Positions 25,648 through 32,000 of a stretch of 32,000 bases of DNA are shown here, piece after piece. The position numbers and the translations under genes were made by a program. Below the pieces are notes generated by a model. The model worked only from the letters and a program-made list of their open reading frames with translations. It was not told the DNA's origin and searched no databases. The DNA lies in NCBI GenBank assembly GCA_964528635.1, contig CAZGSW010000004.1:5667-37666 (forward strand), in the 5' to 3' direction. The DNA comes from an uncultured Rhodoplanes sp. (GTDB taxonomy: Bacteria; Pseudomonadota; Alphaproteobacteria; Rhizobiales; Xanthobacteraceae). How positions within the stretch are numbered: the stretch's first letter is position 1; each line of letters opens with the position of its first letter.

Positions 25648-26218
25648 CGCCACCCCCTTTGGCGTTGAGCGGGATGCCAAAGGCGGCAAAAAGGTTGCCA
25701 TCATCGGGAGCATCTCGGCGACGGCGAAACCACCCAAACCATCTGTTCGATTTAACAGGTGGCATAGGCGGCTGAAGGCGCGCTTGGACCAAGATGCCGA
25801 GCACGCCAGCCTCTTCGACATCAACGGACAGGATCAGATCGGCCGCTTCCTGATCTTCATGACCAAAGATTTTGTTTTCCATGATAGCGAGGGCCCGGAA
25901 AGATGGGGGCTCGATCGCAGCGATTTCAGCAATGGTTGCTTCCCTCCAAAGTCCCGGCATGCCGCCAGCATCGACGCCGATGACTTTGACGCGAGGATTT
26001 GGCGGGTGAAGAACGCCTTCCTGGCCGGTCTCCCGGAGATGTTGTTTGGTGCACTCCGAAACAAGGCTAGTCCATTTTTCGTCCACCCAAGCACCTGATT
26101 CAGGGCATGGATCAGTTCTGGTGGTTGCCGCCGCAAGCAGGTTTGCGAACGGGGTGCATTCCTCTTCGTTTGCCTCCGGCGGACCTGCTTGGTCCGCCGG
26201 GCTCGGTTTGCCAGTCAT
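25640..26218 (-). CDS. hypothetical protein (192 aa)
   Basis: Start taken at ATG 26218 (MTGKPSPADQ...). The ORF-track extension to 26389 would overlap the upstream gene. No family recognised. Confidence 0.45.
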   Translation of the reverse strand: MTGKPSPADQAGPPEANEEECTPFANLLAAATTRTDPCPESGAWVDEKWTSLVSECTKQHLRETGQEGVLHPPNPRVKVIGVDAGGMPGLWREATIAEIAAIEPPSFRALAIMENKIFGHEDQEAADLILSVDVEEAGVLGILVQARLQPPMPPVKSNRWFGWFRRRRDAPDDGNLFAAFGIPLNAKGGGDE

Positions 26219-26258
26219 GAAATGGTTCTTTCGATTAATGGTTATGGTTCGCTGCTCG

Positions 26259-26537
26259 CTAATCCGCGAACAGGCTCGGCAGCCGGTTGGGTGCGACGTA
26301 CGGCTTTTTGGAAGGTTGACGGCGAACCTTGCGAGGGCGCTCAAGCGTCGCATGACGCTCTCGGGCCAAGGTCTGATAGAAGCCATCACCTTCGCAGCAG
26401 GACGCCAACATCGCGCGCGAACGTGCGTTGTCGCCGATCAGATCGGCTTCACAGCAAGCTCGGGCACGGGTCTCGGGATCGGCATGCCTGCCGATTTCAC
26501 GCAAAATGTCTGTAAGTAATGGTTTGGATTTTGCCAA
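26259..26537 (-). CDS. hypothetical small protein with two CCE(A/G)D motifs
   Basis: GGAGG (26543-26547, minus strand) lies 5 nt upstream of TTG 26537. Product is (M)AKSKPLLTDILREIGRHADPETRARACCEADLIGDNARSRAMLASCCEGDGFYQ... A GTG at 26549 is the alternative start. Confidence 0.4.
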   Translation of the reverse strand: MAKSKPLLTDILREIGRHADPETRARACCEADLIGDNARSRAMLASCCEGDGFYQTLARERHATLERPRKVRRQPSKKPYVAPNRLPSLFAD

Positions 26538-26854
26538 AATGGCCTCCACTGTTATGGAGCGCCACGACCCGCCGGGTCAGTAAAAGCGGCTCCTATACAT
26601 ATAGAGATTTGGAGGCCTACCTTCGCACCTGAATCGAAAATAATTTTTTGGCGTTCAATATTTGGTAGGTGCTCTCCCGTGGAACGCTATTAATTGATGC
26701 CTATTCGGAGCTAGCGGCTGCTTAGTGAGCAGGTCTTGGCACGCTTGGAAAACGCGGTCCTTAGTCGTCAAGGACTGGCGGTCGGACGCTCGGCTGACCA
26801 CGGCCCGTGTCCGAATCCTTGCAGCCCCATCGTAATTTTCGCCGGATGAAGACT

Positions 26855-26881
26855 GAATTCTCCGCCCGGTCAGGAGAATTC
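26855..26881 (+). promoter_or_regulatory. perfect 9-bp inverted repeat covering the SD of the PD-(D/E)XK gene (RNA hairpin or operator)
   Basis: GAATTCTCC (26855-26863), 9-nt spacer, GGAGAATTC (26873-26881). The right arm contains the AGGAGA SD and ends 1 nt before ATG 26883. Confidence 0.35.
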
Positions 26882-26882
26882 G

Positions 26883-27842
26883 ATGCATCGCACTGTCACT
26901 AGTCGAGTGCCCTTTATCGATCCGCTCGTGCTTCGCCGCCACCGCGTGTTTGAGGCAACGGACTCACGATTCCGGGCGGCCGCACGATTTCATCAGGCAC
27001 TGTTCCGCCAGAAACAGGGCTGGCGCCCCGGCCAAATCGAAAGCGGCCAGGGCGCCAAGCGCAGCGTGGGCAGTCTTATCAAACCGTCCGATGCCGCCGC
27101 CGGCGCGAATTTCCTGACAAGGGAGATCGCGGCCCTCGCTAGGCGAGAAATTGCCTACCGAGAAGACATGGCAATGGTCGATCAAGTTCGACTTTGGCAG
27201 AATATGCTGTCGTCTCACCCGCTTGTCTTCAACCTGTTTGGGCCTTTGAAGCTCGACCTCACTCTGGCAACCAAAGTTGCGCAGCGGTTATGGCCTGACA
27301 CCGTCAGCCGCGTTACTGACGTCCTTTTCGAACACTCGCCTTCCCGGCGTGATCCGATTTTTACCGATGATCGCACCGCATTCGATGTCTTGCTGCAGTG
27401 CCAAGATCGCAACGGCAAAAACACGTTCGTCGCCGTCGAAGTAAAGTATTCCGAAACGATGTACGAACCGGCCGCGCGACTGCGTTCCCGGTACGACGAA
27501 CTCTCCAGTACGTCAGGCCTGTACCGGGAACCGGGGAACGCAGCCTTGAGAGCCGTTCCCCTGCAATCGCTCTGGCGAGAACACATGCTCGCTGCGGCGA
27601 TGGTTCAGAATGATCTCTATAAAAGCGGCCGCTTTGTCCTAATCGCACCGGCCGCTAACTCGCCGGTCCAACGGGCAGCAGAGACCTATCGAAAACAGCT
27701 CGCCGACAATCCGCCCATTCCGTTCGAAGCCATAGCTCTCGAAAAGATCATCGCCGTGATCCGATCAGTAGGCGCGAAGAAACTCGCGGATCGTTTATAC
27801 GAACGGTATGTCGACTTCGCTGGGCTCGATCGCTTCATCTGA
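26883..27842 (+). CDS. PD-(D/E)XK-superfamily nuclease-like protein
   Basis: 319 aa with a strong SD (AGGAGA). Motif spacing is typical of PD-(D/E)XK: TAFDVLLQCQDRNGKNTFVAVEVKYSE (D ... E-x-K). Confidence 0.65.
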   Translation: MHRTVTSRVPFIDPLVLRRHRVFEATDSRFRAAARFHQALFRQKQGWRPGQIESGQGAKRSVGSLIKPSDAAAGANFLTREIAALARREIAYREDMAMVDQVRLWQNMLSSHPLVFNLFGPLKLDLTLATKVAQRLWPDTVSRVTDVLFEHSPSRRDPIFTDDRTAFDVLLQCQDRNGKNTFVAVEVKYSETMYEPAARLRSRYDELSSTSGLYREPGNAALRAVPLQSLWREHMLAAAMVQNDLYKSGRFVLIAPAANSPVQRAAETYRKQLADNPPIPFEAIALEKIIAVIRSVGAKKLADRLYERYVDFAGLDRFI

Positions 27843-27899
27843 TCGAAACCGCCCTGTTTCCAGCTTCACCTTCGCCTCTCATCCATACAAAGGAAGACT

Positions 27900-28091
27900 A
27901 TGAGCACCACCAGCAATGAACCGACGTTTCGCGCTTTCACTGTGATCAAACGCGAAGGACAGCAAGATTTTTGGCTCAACATCGGAGCCGCCTTTAGCCA
28001 TCGAGATGGCGGCGGATTTACCCTCGCGCTTCAGGCTTTCCCGCTCGACGGGCGCGTTGTGCTGCGACACCCGAAAGAAACAGAGGCCTAG
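27900..28091 (+). CDS. hypothetical small protein (63 aa)
   Basis: SD AAGGAAG lies before ATG 27900. Product is MSTTSNEPTFRAFTVIKREGQQDFWLNIGAAFSHRDGGGFTLALQAFPLDGRVVLRHPKETEA. It resembles small proteins common on alphaproteobacterial mobile elements, from memory only. Confidence 0.5.
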   Translation: MSTTSNEPTFRAFTVIKREGQQDFWLNIGAAFSHRDGGGFTLALQAFPLDGRVVLRHPKETEA

Positions 28092-28163
28092 CCGCAAGCT
28101 AAGCGCCCAGAAAACACCGCGGCGCGACCGCTTTCGAATTCCGAAAATCGAATAAGGCTAGCC

Positions 28164-28613
28164 ATGACACTCCTTCGGGCTTCGGCGACGGCGTTGCCCC
28201 TCATCATCTTGACCGCCTGCGGCAACCAGCCAGCCTGCACGGAATCCGCCGTCGTACATACAGTCAGAAACCTCGCCGCCGGATTCATTGTCTCAATCTC
28301 AATTCCGCAAAAGCTTCCGGAGACGATCGATCTAGGCAATGCCATCCCCCTGGACGCAATTGTCGTTGAACAGTGGGACCCCACACTGAAATCGGCCGTC
28401 TGCAGCGCCCGTTATAGGCTCGACCACTCTGTGCTATGGCGGGAAGCCAAAGCCGCTTCATCGCGGGTCAGTGATCCCGCACTCAAAAAGTCACTGGAAG
28501 AACTGAACGCCAACGTAAGCGGCGTGATCGTCGGTCGCCTCGTGTATTCGGTAAAGCCAACCGGAAATAAGGACTGGTGGATCACGCTGAACGATATGAA
28601 TCCTGATAGATAA
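28164..28613 (+). CDS. hypothetical lipoprotein
   Basis: 149 aa. Signal peptide with lipobox MTLLRASATALPLIILTAC. Confidence 0.6.
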   Translation: MTLLRASATALPLIILTACGNQPACTESAVVHTVRNLAAGFIVSISIPQKLPETIDLGNAIPLDAIVVEQWDPTLKSAVCSARYRLDHSVLWREAKAASSRVSDPALKKSLEELNANVSGVIVGRLVYSVKPTGNKDWWITLNDMNPDR

Positions 28614-28739
28614 CAGAGCGAGGTTATCGCGTTGAGCGATTCACGCCGAATGGCACCGACAGCTCGGCCATGGTGATCGATTGTAGCGAAGCGTGGGCGC
28701 CGCCCTATCCGCGTCTTTAGTGTGCCGCAAGAAGCTGAG

Positions 28740-30659
28740 CTAGGGCTGCGGTAAGCCGACCACGATTTCTTCAGGATCAAACCACCCTTCAGCAATGGCG
28801 TAGTCGCGGACACTTTGTGGCTCAGGAGTGTAGTGCACGATTGCAAGGCTGCGTTCCGCGCGGCTGCAGGTCACGTAGAACAAGCGCCGGGTGCGGTCGA
28901 TGGTGGTTTCTTTGCCTTCATTTTCGTTTTTCAGGTCGGTTTCGCTCTTGGCCTTGGCGCCGAGGAGCTTGTCGTAGTTGAAAAGAAAGCCTCGCGATTC
29001 TTCGTCGTCGATGATCACCATGACGCGTGGAAATTCGAGGCCTTTGACGCCCTGATGCGTGTCGAACGGGGCCTTTCCAGAAATGTAAAGGGCATAGGCC
29101 TCAATCTGCGAAAACGGGACAGCGAGCGCTTGGTCCCATGCCGCGATGAGCTCGTCTGCACTGTCCTCGCCGACGCCTCCTGATTGGGCTGGCGCGGCTG
29201 TCGATACAGGATCGGCCGCTACCCTCGCCGCGATCGGCAGGAGGACGTCCGGAACTCTAAACAAGCCGGATGCATGGACCTGCCGAAGCACATCAATGAT
29301 CGCTGGATCGGCGCCGCCATCCCATAGGGCGAGGAGACGCGCCGTTGCCTCGTTGGCCTTGCGCACAATTTCGAGCTGGCCTGCTCCCGCCTTTTTGAGA
29401 TGGTCCTTGGCGAGCAGTGGCGAACTTTTCCGCGCGATCGCGGCGACCGCGTAGGCGTCGCCTTTCAGCTTGGCTTGCACGAGAGGCAAGACTTCATTGA
29501 CGAAGAGCGGGATTCCTGAGAGCGATCCGTCGAGCAACCCGGTGCGCACGCGCTCGACCCGATAGAGCGGCATGAAGAACTCCAGGAAGCCCATGCGCCG
29601 GGCCGCCATGTGGTGTTCGAGCGTGAGCGTCTTGAAAGCGCCTGTATCGGGGTGCCAGTCCGCGTCGCTCGCAATCCCGGCCATGCGTTCGGCGACGGCA
29701 GCCTCGGCTTTGAACTTTTCTGGCGTCGTAGCGGGAAGAACAAAGAGCCGGACGGTGCCGCCTTGCTTGTCGGTGCGGGGGCGTTGCTGCTGATCGTCAA
29801 CGGCTGATCGGATTTTATTGATAAGGCGAACGATACGGCTTGGGCATCGGTGGTTCATGATTTTTGCGGGACGGCGCCAACCGTCGGGCAAGCCAGACGG
29901 CAAGTCCACTTTTCCATCCGCATAAATTCGCTGCATAGTGTCGCCAAACAGGCCGAGGCCGAACCGCGCCGCATGGACGCGCTGCACCGTCAGGAAGGCT
30001 TCCATCAGGTGCCGATTGGTGTCCTGGCTCTCGTCGATTAGCAGGAACGGATACTTGTTGACGAAGATCCGCTGCAGGGCTGGTTTTTCTGACAGAAACG
30101 CAGCCGTGATCGCAATTACCTCACTATGGTTGAGAGAGTCGCGGCCACGATTGTCACCCGTCGGGCTATAGGTAAAACGTTTGACGGTAGCCAGCGCTGA
30201 TAACCGCGCACGTTTGCTCTCGATACTCTTGGCGCGGTCGAGCGAAGCCTTTGAAGCGCGGCCTTTCTGCTGCGCTTCTTCGAGTTCGGCGATTTCACGC
30301 GTCAGATTCTTTCGAATCCATTCACGGATGTCATTGTGATAACCGCTGATAAGCTGCCATGAGAAGCTATGGATAGTCGCGACATCAACAAGCGGATCGA
30401 ACTTGAGCCGCTGCCTGATTTCATCGCATGCCGCGTTGGTATAGGTGATGACGCCGAACCGCTGTCCCTTGAGCACGAGGCGCCGTCCATAGGTTTCGCG
30501 CAGCCTGTCCACAGCATTGACAAGCGACCGGGTCTTGCCCGAGCCCGCGCCGGCGAACAGGAAAAAGCTGACGGGCGTCACTAGGTTCAGACAGGCACGG
30601 ATTTCTTCATCCACGCCATCATCCAGGTGATCGTCGTCTATCACGTCCGCCGTGCTCAT
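28740..30659 (-). CDS. UvrD/PcrA/Rep-like SF1 helicase, GajB-like partner of an OLD-family nuclease
   Basis: 639 aa. Walker A FAGAGSGKTRS, motif Ia ITYTNAACDEI, TIHSF, motif II LLIDESQDTN, VKGLEFPRVMVI, YVTCSRAERSL. ATGA-type 4-nt overlap with the upstream OLD-family gene. Confidence 0.85.
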   Translation of the reverse strand: MSTADVIDDDHLDDGVDEEIRACLNLVTPVSFFLFAGAGSGKTRSLVNAVDRLRETYGRRLVLKGQRFGVITYTNAACDEIRQRLKFDPLVDVATIHSFSWQLISGYHNDIREWIRKNLTREIAELEEAQQKGRASKASLDRAKSIESKRARLSALATVKRFTYSPTGDNRGRDSLNHSEVIAITAAFLSEKPALQRIFVNKYPFLLIDESQDTNRHLMEAFLTVQRVHAARFGLGLFGDTMQRIYADGKVDLPSGLPDGWRRPAKIMNHRCPSRIVRLINKIRSAVDDQQQRPRTDKQGGTVRLFVLPATTPEKFKAEAAVAERMAGIASDADWHPDTGAFKTLTLEHHMAARRMGFLEFFMPLYRVERVRTGLLDGSLSGIPLFVNEVLPLVQAKLKGDAYAVAAIARKSSPLLAKDHLKKAGAGQLEIVRKANEATARLLALWDGGADPAIIDVLRQVHASGLFRVPDVLLPIAARVAADPVSTAAPAQSGGVGEDSADELIAAWDQALAVPFSQIEAYALYISGKAPFDTHQGVKGLEFPRVMVIIDDEESRGFLFNYDKLLGAKAKSETDLKNENEGKETTIDRTRRLFYVTCSRAERSLAIVHYTPEPQSVRDYAIAEGWFDPEEIVVGLPQP

Positions 30660-32000
30660 GCGGCCTTCTCTGCGGCTGGGTCCCCCGGGGGAGGAGCGCT
30701 GACGATGACGACGTCCTGTTTTTTCTTGAGTTGATCCTCAAGCCAGGACAGACCGCGATTGATGTAGGTCGGGACGCGCAGCGTGTCCGTTTCGTTTAGT
30801 GCGAGCATATCGAGCGCAAATTCCGCCTTTTTGCCGTCCCGTAGTGCTTTGAACACCTCTCGGCTCAATGTGGGCCCATCGGCATGAGCCGCAATACCCT
30901 CCCTGAATTTTGCGATCAACCCAGTGCCTGCAAGCGCGGCGAAGAGCGGAAGATTCTCGAATACGAGCGCATCTTCGAAGGTGCTTCCGGTCACTTCGAC
31001 GTCGGCCGCCGCTCCAATCGTTACCTTGATCGGACACTGATAGGCCACGCGGATGCATGACAACGCATTATAGACAAGCACTTTGTCGGATTCCGCCAGG
31101 TCCAAAAGCTTATCAACCTCGCGAAGCTTGGGCGCCCAGTCGCGCAGCGTCGCATTGGCGGAGACTTGATTTTTTCCGCGCGTGGGAGGTTCCGCCTTCT
31201 TGGTTCCGACGTCGGTCGCATCGAGATCGGTGATGACAAGCGTGAGGAGACCAAGATGCCGAATCAGCGGCTCAAGGCGGTGGGCATGGCTCCCACCGAT
31301 TTCGAGTAGCGTGATGTAGCATTGATGGAGCGCAGGAAAGTGCTTGAGGATGAATTGCGGTACGAGGATGCGCTCGGCTGGCCCTTCGACGAGAATGGCG
31401 GCATCCGCGAAGAACAGGTCGCAATGTGTCGTGCGCAGGTAGCGCGTCACAAACTGCCGCGTCTCGTCCAGCGCGCCAAAAACCTCCGAAAGGTTGACCA
31501 CGGTCGAAACAGGAACGTCGCCAGCGGCGCTCGCCGGGAGCCGACGAAAATAGCGAAGGCTTTCGAACGGCGTCTCATGCGCCACATGGCTTGAGTGCGT
31601 GCTGACGACGAGCTGGGTAACCAGTTCCTTGTTGTCGCGAAGGTCGGCATGTTCTCGTAGGATCGCGTAGGCCTTGCGGATAAAGACCTGCTGCACCTGG
31701 GCGTGAAGATGCGCCTCCGGCTCTTCGACAAGAACGAGATGCAGCGGCGGGAGCGGCTTTTCGGGTTCGGTACTGTCCGGCTTGGGCTTTCCGGCTTTTC
31801 CGACCCGCATCCATGCGTCGCGGAAGCCCATCAGTCTGAAGATGATGGAAATGAGATTCTGATAGCCAAGTCCGTTGTAATCCTCAGGCAACAGAAGCGA
31901 CTGTACCGGCGCCGCTCCAGGTACGCCATCAATCAGATACTGAACGGCCGCGTCATGATCGAGACCGTCGGCGGGACGGATGCGCGTCGATATTTTCAGG
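30656..32000 (-). CDS. OLD-family ATP-dependent endonuclease (ABC-type ATPase plus TOPRIM), GajA-like; 5' end lies beyond the window
   Basis: The frame stays open from 31891 to the window edge (I translated 31892-32000 and found no stops). ABC signature/Walker B region GLGYQNLISI ... LVLVEEPEAHLH, H-loop VVSTHSSHV. TOPRIM: ADAAILVEGPAERILVP and VITDLDA. Confidence 0.85.
   Translation of the reverse strand, partial: LKISTRIRPADGLDHDAAVQYLIDGVPGAAPVQSLLLPEDYNGLGYQNLISIIFRLMGFRDAWMRVGKAGKPKPDSTEPEKPLPPLHLVLVEEPEAHLHAQVQQVFIRKAYAILREHADLRDNKELVTQLVVSTHSSHVAHETPFESLRYFRRLPASAAGDVPVSTVVNLSEVFGALDETRQFVTRYLRTTHCDLFFADAAILVEGPAERILVPQFILKHFPALHQCYITLLEIGGSHAHRLEPLIRHLGLLTLVITDLDATDVGTKKAEPPTRGKNQVSANATLRDWAPKLREVDKLLDLAESDKVLVYNALSCIRVAYQCPIKVTIGAAADVEVTGSTFEDALVFENLPLFAALAGTGLIAKFREGIAAHADGPTLSREVFKALRDGKKAEFALDMLALNETDTLRVPTYINRGLSWLEDQLKKKQDVVIVSAPPPGDPAAEKAA

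Noticed and set aside
26655-26942. 95-aa minus-strand ORF in the A/T-rich divergent intergenic region.
   Set aside because: It overlaps the SD and start of the PD-(D/E)XK gene, has no SD of its own and has an odd composition. The region is more likely to hold a promoter.
28412-28846. 144-aa minus-strand ORF antisense to the lipoprotein gene, running into the helicase 3' end.
   Set aside because: It has no start context and overlaps two better-supported genes.
1-32000. Search by eye for tRNA/tmRNA genes at island borders (T-loop GGTTCGAATCC-like motifs), rRNA, and CRISPR repeat arrays.
   Set aside because: I found none. A tRNAscan/Infernal run would be needed to exclude small RNAs rigorously.

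Overview
High-G+C, alphaproteobacterium-like chromosomal DNA (the taxon is an inference from composition and protein families only). I see no rRNA, tRNA or CRISPR array by eye. The window falls into three blocks. (1) 1-3.9 kb: the 3' end of a LuxR/NarL-type response regulator, a convergent hybrid histidine kinase, one small membrane protein and two small secreted proteins. This block ends in decayed IS3-family transposase remnants at 3.95-4.58 kb. (2) 4.6-19.1 kb: a block bracketed by two directly oriented, homologous IS3 OrfA remnants. It holds a six-gene, translationally coupled sterol-biosynthesis operon: Rieske oxygenase (SdmA-like), oxidosqualene cyclase, squalene epoxidase, NAD-dependent SDR (SdmB-like), a geranylgeranyl-reductase-family flavoprotein, and a clear sterol C-24 methyltransferase. 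Convergent to it is an operon for a TIMP/NTR-like secreted protein and a 1334-aa secreted Ala-rich repeat protein with Cys-rich C-terminal modules, preceded by a LuxR-family regulator. (3) 19.1-32 kb: gene scars (IS fragments and a quinone-oxidoreductase fragment), then a visibly lower-G+C, defence-island-like block. That block contains a three-gene operon resembling a complete accessory clamp loader (DnaX-like ATPase with an unknown C-terminal domain, a delta-like protein, and a delta-prime-like protein with a degraded ATP site but a retained SRC motif). It also contains several small coupled ORFs, an orphan PD-(D/E)XK nuclease, a lipoprotein, and a Gabija-like OLD-family nuclease plus UvrD-like helicase pair that runs off the right edge. 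The best candidates for undescribed biology are the clamp-loader-like operon and the GGR-family flavoprotein embedded in the sterol/SMT operon.
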